From Tubiluchus corallicola (Eukaryota > Animalia > Priapulida): DNA of 64,000 bases. A program made the position numbers and the translations under genes. The stretch lies in the NCBI GenBank assembly GCA_030141605.1, contig JAQGDQ010000498.1, forward strand, positions 62,001 through 126,000, read 5' to 3'. Numbering within the stretch: the stretch's first letter is position 1; the number at the start of each line of letters is the position of its first letter. The notes under the pieces are model-generated. The model was not told the origin of the DNA. It made no database searches and saw only the letters and a program-made list of their open reading frames with translations. This document shows positions 1 through 11,400 of this stretch, in pieces.

Positions 1-19
1 TATACTAGATAAGCTGCGT

Positions 20-418
20 GAATAACCCTTTTCACAGTTCCAGCGATTGGTTTTGATTGTGAAACGAACAGATAAGTGTACCAGACAAGTGTACTTTTGT
101 GTACACTTGACAACGCCTCGCAGCACATGCTATTGTAATAGTAACAGTTTTAACAGCTAGCTAGAACCTTACCTAGTTCATTTTTTCTTGTTCTCAAACA
201 AGATCCTGCTAGTAAATCACTCTATGCATAGAGTAATGTATAATTAAGTAAAGTCCACGTAAAACAACTGACGTTACTGAACTGATGTGGCAGACAACTT
301 TTCTTTACCCTCACGTAATGTACCAGTTGGTGCTAAGACGCTTTGCTGTGGCACACTTAGTCTTTAACCTACAGTAACTGCGCTGGTGCACAGTCAAACT
401 GTGAAAAAGCTTCTTTTT
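20..418. mobile_element. Non-autonomous TIR element (MITE), copy 1
   Basis: Termini AATAACCCTTTTCACAGT ... ACTGTGAAAAAGCTT; the internal sequence is shared with the inverted copy at ~30653-31035 and the partial copy at ~35905-36228. Confidence 0.65.
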
Positions 419-472
419 TGTATTCTTGCAACATGTGTTTCTCCTAACCTTATAATGTTTATTTTGCATCAG

Positions 473-3189
473 ATCACAGTGCCATTCCAATATGAATGGT
501 TTGACGAGTTGTTCGGAGAGACTGCAACATTGGTGTTTTTCATCGTCACCGGTTACAAGTTCAGGCCAAAAAGCAGCAATCCTTACCTCAAATTACCGCA
601 AGACCAGGATATGGAACCGGACGAAGTGTACGTATGTGTTTTATACCTGAAAACATTGAAACTGTTAAGCAGTTCAAAATTTCAGCAGGTACAGTAGTTT
701 TAATGAGACACAAATCATACCCATTTTTGGTTGCGTCCAAAGACGTTCGGGGTTAAGGTCAAGTCAAGTGTAGTGCCTTTTCTTTGTGTGGCTTGATTCG
801 TTGCTAATTTAAAACTCCTGTCTACCTTTAGATGAAAGGCACAGTGAAGTGTAGTACCTCGGTTTGCCAGACAAAAGCGGGGAGACGTCGATTTGAATTT
901 GCCAATTGTCAGAATTTACCGATATTAAGCTAGTACAGTAGATGCCGTGTATTAGAGTCTTACACTCACGGGGTAATGTACAATCAATCACCTAACTGTC
1001 TCAAAAATGGGACAGTTACTATGCAAAAGTATTTAAACAGTGTTGGCAGTTGACTCAAATAAGTCCGTATAATTTATATATAATAATATACACATGTATT
1101 ACACTCATTTTGGTGCCTAGTATACTAGCCATACTGTACACCCTAATTTACTGACCTTGGTCAAGGTGACCATTTCCACTGTGGGTAGCTTGTACCTTCC
1201 CATTGTAGACCCTAATTTACTGACCTTGGTCAAGGTGACCATTTCCACTGTGGGTAGCTTGTACCTGCCCATTGTACACCCTAATTTACTGCCCTTCGTC
1301 AAGGTGACCATTTCCACTGTGGGTAGCTTGCACCTGCCCATTGTACACCCTAATTTACTGCCCTTCGTCAAGGTAACCATTTCCACTGTGGGTAGCTTGT
1401 ACCTGCCCATTGTAGACCCTAATTTACTGACCTTGGTCAAGGTGACCATTTCCACTGTGCGTAGCTTGTACCTTCCCATTGTAGACCCTAATTTACTGAC
1501 CTTGGTCAAGGTGACCATTTCCACTGTGGGTAGCAAGGTGACCATTTCCACTGTGGGTAGCTTGTACCTGCCCATTGTACACCCTAATTTACTGCCCTTC
1601 GTCAAGGTGACCATTTCCACTGTGGGTAGCTTGCACCTGCCCATTGTACACCCTAATTTACTGCCCTTCGTCAAGGTAACCATTTCCACTGTGGGTAGCT
1701 TGTACCTGCCCATTGTAGACCCTAATTTACTGACCTTGGTCAAGGTGACCATTTCCACTGTGCGTAGCTTGTACCTTCCCATTGTAGACCCTAATTTACT
1801 GACCTTGGTCAAGGTGACCATTTCCACTGTGGGTAGCAAGGTGACCATTTCCACTGTGGGTAGCTTGTACCTGCCCATTGTACACCCTAATTTACTGCCC
1901 TTCGTCAAGGTGACCATTTCCACTGTGGGTAGCTTGTACCTACCCATGGTACACCCTAATTTACTGCCCTTCGTCAATGTGACCCTTTCCACTGTGCGTA
2001 GCTTGTACCTTCCCATTGTACACCCTAATTTACTGACCTTGGTCAAGGTAACCATTTCCACTGTGGGTAGCTTGTACCTACCCATGGTACACCCTAATTT
2101 ACTCACCTTGGTCAATGTGACCCTTTCCACTGTGGGTAGCTTGTACCTACCCATGGTACACCCTAATTTACTCACCTTGGTCAAGGTAACCATTTCCACT
2201 GTGGGTAGCTTGTACCTGCCCATGGTACACCCTAATTTACTGACCTTGGTCAAGGTGACCCTTTCCACTGTGGGTAGCTTGTACCTGCCCATTGTACACC
2301 CTAATTTACTGACCTTGGTCAAGGTAACCATTTCCACTGTGGGTAGCTTGTACCTGCCCATGGTACACCCTAATTTACTGACCTTGGTCAAGGTAACCAT
2401 TTCCACTGTGGGTAGCTTGTACCTGCCCATGGTAGACCCTAATTTGAAAATATGATGCAGAAAGAAACAGATGTGCTACAGATGTTGTTGAAAGAAACCA
2501 CATTGTGTTCATTATGCGTGTTCAGTTTACAATATTTAATTGAAATAATTTATTCTCAAATTAGTTACTTAACTTATTTTAACCCACGGTGAAGTGAAAC
2601 GCCGTCTTGCAACCTACGTTTTTAACCTCATTTGTCGTTCTCTTTGTCCTAATCAAGATAAATGTCTACACAAGTCGTCACTTTGCAAGTTAAGATGCAG
2701 CGCCCAATGTCCGTGCCTTCTTAAGTGTGGCAGGACAGGAAATTGGGTCATTTGTCAAGGGCATTCCTTCAGGATAAGATACTGAACTTGCAGAGTATGT
2801 CTTGTTAGCCATGTTCAACTGTGAATATGTAGTAGCGATAGATAGTATGACAGATCAATCAACGTAGAAAAGATTTTCCGTGTGACTTCCCATTCATTTA
2901 TTAACCATATGTAACACTGCCTTACTTTAGTCATTAGCAACTCACCATAAATATTTTCCTTTATTCCTGTTAAGAAACAACTAGTCTCAGATTTTGTTTT
3001 GTGCTTTTTCGTTCACTTTATGTAAAATTCCAATGTTTAAAATCAATTTGTCCAAGCATGCACTGGTACTATCTAGATTTTGTCTTATTTAACAGGTGCA
3101 CTCAATCAGGTGCATTGCAGAATGTCACCAGAGTTGGAAAAAATAAAGATGGCGTAAGCAAGAGAGAAAGCAGCCATGAATATGACTAA
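473..3189 (+). CDS. GPR107: GPR107/GPR108 (LUSTR/GOST 7TM) family protein, last two coding exons (473-627, 3096-3189); 5' part lies upstream of the window
   Basis: Exon ITVPFQYEWFDELFGETATLVFFIVTGYKFRPKSSNPYLKLPQD matches the hallmark TM7/C-tail motif (VPFQW..TGYKFRPA..NPYL) of GPR107/108. AG at 471-472, donor GTACGT at 628, acceptor AACAG at 3091-3095, phase-compatible, ending CTQSGALQNVTRV..HEYD*. GPR107 versus GPR108 cannot be resolved. Confidence 0.88.
1132..2445. repeat. 69-bp minisatellite (~19 units) in the last GPR107 intron
   Basis: Unit CCCTAATTTACTGACCTTGGTCAAGGTGACCATTTCCACTGTGGGTAGCTTGTACCTGCCCATTGTACA; two truncated units reveal a ~300-bp higher-order duplication. Confidence 0.97.
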
Positions 3190-4313
3190 ATAAAAACGAC
3201 GTAAACTGACATTATTTACCAAGGCTTGGGTATAAACACCCAACACTGATCAATTGGTAGTGGGCTGATGTTATTTAAAGGTCTCGTCTGTTGAGAATTA
3301 ATACTGATGAACAGTTGACTAGTGTGATCCAGCATGTTGCCAGGCAAAGAAAAAGATTTGCGCACCAGGTTACCGCGACAACCATTTGTAGCAGTAAATG
3401 GTGAAACGCCACGAGAGAACGGTGTGGAAATGCGTCGTTTAGTAAAATTTTAATAATCAGAAAATGCCTCTTGTTGCAAACAAAAATCAACATGTCTAAT
3501 TCATAATGTTGAATATATATGAATTGGTAGTAAAATAAGTTTATTTCGTCTTGCGTGGCGTCTGACATGTTTGCTTGATGAAATCTGTTGACTTGCCATA
3601 AACAGCTTGAAAAACTCATACAAATAGAATCACTGGTTTCTGATTTCGTAAAAAACTGTAATTGTAATAGTATTTGCAGATATTTATTTATCATAAGATG
3701 CCGCTTCGATCAACAGAACCAGTTGGTATAATATTGAAATTTTGAAAAACCTTGCTGGTTGTGTTTGTTACGTACATGTAAATCAGCTAAGCTTGTTTAA
3801 AATTTAGCAGTAAGTATGGCCATAATTGTGCATACCGAACGTACATATGAGTTTCTATACCAGGGATTAATGTAATGAATTGAACATGCTCTTATTCATA
3901 ATGGAAAGTTACGCAAGACGGATTTGCGTAATGTAAACTTCTAACAGCCCTAACAGATTTGTTTGTTTTCTAGCAATGGATTTCATGTACCGTTACATTT
4001 TGGAGACCTTTTGAAAGCTTAATTATTATTGATTAACCAAGTGTTTTCTTCTGTGAACGATTGCTTCAGGTGCAAACATTTCCAACATTTGTTAGCAGTG
4101 CTAGCTAAGTACAAATATGTGACACGTGTAATTATGATTAAGTTTCGTTCATATTAAGGTATCGTATTACACATTTTGCATTTAATATTTATAGCTACTG
4201 TGTGGTAATAATGGAAAGTTATTGATTTAACTGAAATAAGATTTACTTGTTTCTGTTCACTCGTGTCATTGACACATAAGTTTGACTGAAGTAAGTGGCA
4301 CCAGTGTTTAAAG

Positions 4314-4813
4314 CAGGGGTGTGCAAATTGCAGCCCGCTGGCCACTTGCGGCCTGCCGAGAGAATTTGTGCGGCCCATGAAGACATTTGTCGACCTAATG
4401 AAACTGTGGCCTGGGCGATTAATTGAGTGTATCCAGCTGAAGTCTCTTCCACGATCCCAAAGATAGTGCGGTAGTTTTTTCTATTAGATCGGATGCCATT
4501 AACCCTTACAAGACGGTTGTAGCTTAATGTCACTGTACTACACAGACTGTGTGATACACATTACTAATATGCATTGTAATGAAATTACCACTATCTGTCC
4601 TATAAGTATAAATATGTGGTTTGTAATATAAATTTTAATAACTTCTAAAATAGTTTCTTGAGTGCAGTAGTAATGATGTACGCAGGTCGGATGCAAAATA
4701 AATTGTTATTAGGCCTTTCTGTACTTGGTTCCTTGATAAAACTGCCTGTGGCCCGCAGGAATTGTGGGAAAGTTTAATGTGGCCCGGCTAGTCAGATAAT
4801 TTGCACACCCCTG
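4314..4813. mobile_element. hAT (Charlie-like) MITE
   Basis: TIRs CAGGGGTGTGCAAATT / AATTTGCACACCCCTG, subterminal GGCCCG motifs, and 8-bp TSD GTTTAAAG / GGTTAAAG (7/8). Confidence 0.85.
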
Positions 4814-5155
4814 GGTTAAAGGACAAGACAACACTTTTCATAAATAAAGCTTCTTGAAATTTTGTATCACTTGCATTGCATAAAGAATTTGCCCTAGCAA
4901 GAACCTGTATAAAACTTTAAATCTAAACTCCCACTAACTTTAGTAAGGTTTAAATGACTTTATATTGTTAATAAGGTCAATAATGTGGTTTTTGGTGAGT
5001 CAGTGGGATGGCTATGCAATGACATTTCACCAGGTGACATGGAAGCCACGAATATTTTTATTTACTAAGAATTTTCCTTTTGAGTTACATAACTCTTTCA
5101 CACAGGTAGGTGCAATGCTAAGTAATACAACATTGTATGGAAAGTTATTTATCAT

Positions 5156-6630
5156 GCATTTTCAAATTCCCTTTCGTTCCTCTTTAATCAACCATGTTGA
5201 TGATGGAAGCATTTTCAAATTCCCTTTCGTTCCTCTTTAATCAACCATGTTGATGATGGAAGCATTTTCAAATTCCCTTTCGTTCCTCTTTAATCAACCA
5301 TGTTGATGATGGAAGCATTTTCAAATTCCCTTTCGTTCCTCTTTAATCAACCATGTTGATGATGGAAGCATTTTCAAATTCCCTTTCGTTCCTCTTTAAT
5401 CAACCATGTTGATGATGGAAGCATTTTCAAATTCCCTTTCGTTCCTCTTTAGTCAACCATGTTGACGATGGAAGCACTTTCAAATCCCCTTTCGTTCCTC
5501 TTTAGTCAACCATGTTGACGATGGAAGCACTTTCAAATCCCCTTTCGTTCCTCTTTAGTCAACCATGTTGACGATGGAAGCACTTTCAAATCCCCTTTCG
5601 TTCCTCTTTAGTCAACCATGTTGACGATGGAAGCACTTTCAAATCCCCTTTCGTTCCTCTTTAGTCAACCATGTTGACGATGCAAGCACTTTCAAATCCC
5701 CTTTCGTTCCTCTTTAGTCAACCATGTTGACGATGCAAGCACTTTCAAATTCCCTTTCGTTCCTCTTTAGTCAACCATGTTGACGATGCAAGCACTTTCA
5801 AATCCCCTTTCGTTCCTCTTTAGTCAACCATGTTGACGATGCAAGCACTTTCAAATCCCCTTTCGTTCCTCTTTAGTCAACCATGTTGACGATGCAAGCA
5901 CTTTCAAATCCCCTTTCGTTCCTCTTTAGTCAACCATGTTGACGATGCAAGCACTTTCAAATCCCCTTTCGTTCCTCTTTAGTCAACCATGTTGACGATG
6001 CAAGCACTTTCAAATTCCCTTTCGTTCCTCTTTAGTCAACCATGTTGACGATGCAAGCACTTTCAAATCCCCTTTCGTTCCTCTTTAGTCAACCATGTTG
6101 ACGATGCAAGCACTTTCAAATCCCCTTTCGTTCCTCTTTAGTCAACCATGTTGACGATGCAAGCACTTTCAAATCCCCTTTCGTTCCTCTTTAGTCAACC
6201 ATGTTGACGATGCAAGCACTTTCAAATTCCCTTTCGTTCCTCTTTAGTCAACCATGTTGACGATGCAAGCACTTTCAAATTCCCTTTCGTTCCTCTTTAG
6301 TCAACCATGTTGACGATGCAAGCACTTTCAAATCCCCTTTCGTTCCTCTTTAGTCAACCATGTTGACGATGCAAGCACTTTCAAATTCCCTTTCGTTCCT
6401 CTTTAGTCAACCATGTTGACGATGCAAGCACTTTCAAATTCCCTTTCGTTCCTCTTTAGTCAACCATGTTGACGATGCAAGCACTTTCAAATTCCCTTTC
6501 GTTCCTCTTTAATCAACCATGTTGACGATGGAAGCACTTTCAAATCCCCTTTCGTTCCTCTTTAATCAACCATGTTGACGATGGAAGCACTTTCAAATCC
6601 CCTTTTGTTCCTCTTTAATCAACCATGTTG
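5156..6630. repeat. 53-bp tandem repeat (~28 units)
   Basis: Unit AAGCACTTTCAAATCCCCTTTCGTTCCTCTTTAGTCAACCATGTTGACGATGC, with variants clustered positionally. Confidence 0.97.
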
Positions 6631-7204
6631 TGAAGGATACACTTGTGAGGTTAAATGTGAGCTACCATGTGAAGATAATACGTTAGGCTAAAACATAAAG
6701 GCTACAAGCATAGTTTAATTTCATTATGATAATATTGATTTTTAAAATCGTAATTTTATCGGTGCATTGCTTTGTTGCACTCCCATCGTTAAGCAAGGAC
6801 TTGATTGATGACATATCTCACAGTTGATGCTGATTAGAGGTGGAATAAACTCTGATTAAAATCAAAATTAAATGCGAAGAAAGATATTTCCGCTCAGTTT
6901 TCAATAGATGGCAAATCACACTTATGTTCAGTTTGTTCTGCTTGATTGCAGTTATAGGTGGCATGCCAGTCTGTACCGCCAACTTTGAAAACTTATGATT
7001 GAACTAAAAAACATGCGTTTGAAATGTCGTTTAGTTATAGTTGTTTGATGTGAAAAACTGAACGAGTGATTGGACACTCTGTTAACTCACTTTGTCTTGC
7101 AATGTTTTTATACAATTTGCTTTTTGGAAAAGCAGAAGTCGCACTCAAGAAAACTACATAAATAGAGGATTTGATTTTTAAAAAACACGAAAATGAAGTT
7201 TAAT

Positions 7205-7683
7205 TGGGAAGAGATGGTGATGACTCATCTGCTAGAGTTTTGTTAAACAGAGAGGATGAAGAATTAAGAAGAGATTATGATGAGTCATCTGCTAGTGTTT
7301 TGTTAAACAGAGAGGCTGAAGAATTAAGAAGAGATGGTGATGAGTCGTCTGCTAGTGTTTTGTTAAACAGAGAGGATGAAGAATTAAGAAGAGATGGTGA
7401 TGACTCATCTGCTAGTGTTTTGTTAAACAGAGAGGATGAAGAATTAAGAAGAGATTATGATGAGTCATCTGCTAGTGTTTTGTTAAACAGAGAGGCTGAA
7501 GGATTAAGAAGAGATTATGATGAGTCATCTGCTAGTGTTTTGTTAAACAGAGAGGCTGAAGGATTAAGAAGAGATGGCGATGAGTCATCTGCTAGTGTTT
7601 TGTTAAACAGAGAGGCTGAAGAATTAAGAAGAGATGGTGATGAGTCATCTGCTAGTGTTTCGTTAAACAGAGAGGCTGAAGAA
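7205..7683. repeat. 60-bp tandem repeat (8 units)
   Basis: Unit AAGAAGAGATGGTGATGAGTCATCTGCTAGTGTTTTGTTAAACAGAGAGGCTGAAGAATT. Confidence 0.95.
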
Positions 7684-7890
7684 AGAGGTTTTTATGCAAA
7701 CAAGCTGATCAGTGATCTTCCTTCCTTTTTAGAAAAAGAGGTCTTTGTAGCATCTACGTTCACAGTCTAATAAACTACAAATCTATTAGTCTGAAAAAAT
7801 AATTTAATTTAAAACAATTTCCATGCAAATGCAAATATTTTAGCTACAATTACAAATCTTTGCGACTTAATTTGAATATCTTTGAATACC

Positions 7891-8271
7891 AATGGCATAG
7901 CTGAGAGCGACCACTCTCCGGAGACAAGGAGAGCGACCACTTCCCGGAGACAAGGAGAGCGACCACTCCCCGGAGAACATTTTTCAAAACCAGATCCTTT
8001 TCAACAAAGTCAAAACACATTGATTTTACATTTACAAAATATATAATAACATGTTTTTATTACGTTTTCAGAGGTATGAGCTTACTGTAAAACTTATTGC
8101 ATTTTAATTTTAAATACAAAATAACAATTATGTACTTCCTATAAAAACTATATAAATTCTTCGAGTTTTGAATTTAAACAAAAATTAAAATGTAATTAAT
8201 GCTTTAAAACATGTCATGGCGCCATTTTTTATGTACTCGCTCCCCTAACTTTAGAACCTGGCTACGCCTTT
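7891..8271. mobile_element. Degraded hAT-type MITE with internal 22-bp triplet repeat
   Basis: Right end CTCCCCTAACTTTAGAACCTGGCTACGCC is the reverse complement of the core of the 36996-38082 satellite unit; left end GGCATAGCTGAGAGCGACC is degenerate. Confidence 0.55.
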
Positions 8272-8401
8272 GCTTAGCACAAGTCGGACGACTACGAATC
8301 CTCGTAACTTCACTTAGCACAAGTTGTACAACTTCACTCAAAATCACAAACAATGATCACAATGTGAATGAATTCAGTGTAACAGCTGCGCATCTTTACT
8401 G

Positions 8402-11400
8402 CTATCTGTTTACCGGATATGGAAATTGGTTCACGTGAGCGTATTGCTGCTTTGTGTCACTAACAGCATGCTGAGGTTTGCTCTCTTCACTTTGTTTTTT
8501 GTGCATAGCTTCTGAACACGCAGCACTCCTGCAATATAAGAAAAATACCAGTGATTTTGTTCAAAAAACAGGCAGTACTTAATGTACAAGAAAAGGGGTA
8601 TCTGAAGTAGGTTTCAGAAAAACTGTCGTAAATATTATATTATTTTACAGCAATTTTATGCTTATATTAAAAACAATTTTTGTTTTTTTCATTGTAAATC
8701 TCCCTCAATACTGTTCCGACGGCGCCATTACATGACGTCACTACGCAAACGTAATTCGGGGGAAGGGAAATGTTAAATTATGTCCCAAAAAACTTTCCAT
8801 GCAAATCTGTATTACTTAGCATTTCGTTTACCTGCTGGAAAGACTTATGTAACTAGAAATAATAATTTAAAATGTTCTTGCCAATTCAGAAAATGCTGTT
8901 GATTCACCCTCTAGGTTGCGCCACTCACTAAACACAAAAAACAGAATTTTACTCTAATTGGCAAGATACGGTAATTTAAAATTTCATTTAGTTAGTAACG
9001 TATGTTACGAATGCTCTGATTATTTTTTTAAACTTCACACAATGTTATCTAAACTTATTTCAAATGACCTACCATTAAAATGGCTGCGCCAAGAAGTCAT
9101 TGCAGGAATTTAAATTTACAAGTTTTACTGTCGCCCCAAGCCCTGCATGCAAGAAGCAATATGTAAGTGGTATAAAACTTGAAGATGAATTTTTAAACTT
9201 TATGTAAGCAGAGGGTTCTCTTGTGCTTTAACTTAGTACCACATTAGGTCCCGTTCGACTATCATTAAACAATTTACACACATGTATAATCCTTAACCTA
9301 TTGTTTATTTTATATGCGTATGCTCGTAAAGTTAATCAAGTAGATCATACAAGTCAGTCATGAAAAGTTATTCTTATAAAAAACACGCTGGTGAATTAAG
9401 CCATCAATGAACTTGTCTTCTAAATACTGCATGTAGAATGTTACCTTTATTAAGTGGTCATTGCAGTTGTGCAGCGTACACCAAGAATGTGTGCATTCAT
9501 GCCATTGGTGGCTTAAAACAGCACCCATATATAAAAGCTACTTTGTAATAAATAATCATGTAAAGCTCGTAATAAGTCATTTAAAATTTTTGTTACAGTC
9601 AAACCTCTCTATACCACCTACCTAGTGACGGCAGAAAAGTTGGAGTTACAGTGAGTTTGGCATTATAACAAGGTGCATTAATATATAGACTAGCAAAGGC
9701 CCCGCAAAAAATTTTGCGTATAAATACACTTATAATCAAAAATACGCGAACATCCTACATAGTCCTCATTTACAACGCAAAGCCAGCAGCAGCAGCTTTT
9801 ACTGAATTAAAGTTATAGACAGAGTATAATGGATGACGTCACAACAATGGCTTTGCGTCAGCAGTTATCCAAGCGAAAATTGCCAAAAAATAGAACATCT
9901 AATTAACTCGTCGATACTCCTCTTGGTGGACGTGCCCTAAAATATAGCCCACATCATCGAGTAGCCGTGGCACTGCTCTTGGCTTTGAAAACAGACCCCT
10001 ATCAACTAGAATAGACAGTGATTTGTATTCTTTCTTATATTGTTGCTCCGGGTGTGAACTGTATCCATGTTTGGTTATAAACACAAAAAGTGGAGAAAAC
10101 AAAACGCTTCTCTCAACGGGCTCAGTAACACCACCCAGATTAGGATCACTAATGCTAATAGTTTCTACAAATTTCGCTCGTGCCGATGTATCTGCTCCAT
10201 GGTGTACAAGTTTAAGACACGTCGGGAAATCACCGTTTAACCTGCTTAAATGTGAAGGAGTTACCCCTTGAGCCGTGTTCGCGTTAACGTCTATTTTGGT
10301 TTCCTTTAGAAAATAATGGAATATGGCCTGTCGTTCTTTCCTGTAGTAATTTATTGGACGGCCAGTCAGATAAAACAGCAAACTCCTTGAAAAGTGACCT
10401 CTTACGTTCACATCCGCTTCGTTCTCACACAGTAACTGCACCAACTTCAGATGGTGTGGTGTCGTTTGTGCTAAATGGTGTCACCTTTGTAATATTTTGT
10501 GTTCACATCTGCATCATAATTGATAAACAGCTGGTCAAGTCTTTCAATGTGATTCTTATATTCGACTTGGGTTCTAATCAGACATGGGCCAATACCAATC
10601 ACCTGAGTTTTTTGAAGATAGGGGTCTGACCACATCGAGTACACAGAAAACAGCAATTGGAAGGGGGTGCGTGTGTAGGTTTCTTCTCTACCGCTCGGCG
10701 AAATGAGGAACCTCAAGTTTGTATCAGCTCCATGTTGAACGAGTGAAAGTTCATTTGAGTTCCATATTCTAAGTCTTAGGACACTGTACAGTAGTTTATT
10801 ATAGGGTCAAAGCATTATTTGTTTTGTTGTACTCAGCAACATTAATTCGTCGTTTACGTTTACAAAAATAAAATCTATATGGGCTAAACGTTCAGCATGA
10901 ACTGATCCAACATAAAACGTTCGCACATCTCTTTTCAATTAACGTTTAAAACGAACAATGTGATACAATAGGGCTTTGTTATTTGTTCTGTATTGTTTGA
11001 TTGTTTCTAACATTGAAGAGAAGCTACAACAAAGCATAGAGAGGTTCCAGAGTAGACGCCTACAATAGAAATTGAACCAGAAATAGCCAAAACATGCCAG
11101 ATATTCAGTTTTGCCGAGCATGCCAATTGGATTTCGTCTCTAAAACCGAACTGCATATGCGCAGTCAGGGCCGTCTTAACAGCATTATAGATTCCCTTGG
11201 CAAAGCAGTGCGCTGTGACCTCTAAACTACACAACCACTCACGGGAAAAAAATGTAAATAGTCGATAAAATTAAACATAATTTATTGTATCGGTACTTGC
11301 CACAAAATCAGTGTTTAAACACTAAAAAACATGCTGCACAACAAAGAATAATCAACATAAACGTTTGAACAACATAACATCAGCCTTGAAAAACACAAAT

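Noticed and set aside
1117-2455. 437-aa and 432-aa ORFs on both strands
   Set aside because: They are translations of a 69-bp intronic minisatellite that happens to lack stops; no splice or homology support.
5156-6630. Regular repeat array resembling CRISPR
   Set aside because: Head-to-tail identical 53-bp units with no spacers.
7204-7770. 188-aa acidic repeat ORF
   Set aside because: 60-bp tandem repeat starting at a non-ATG codon, with no gene context.
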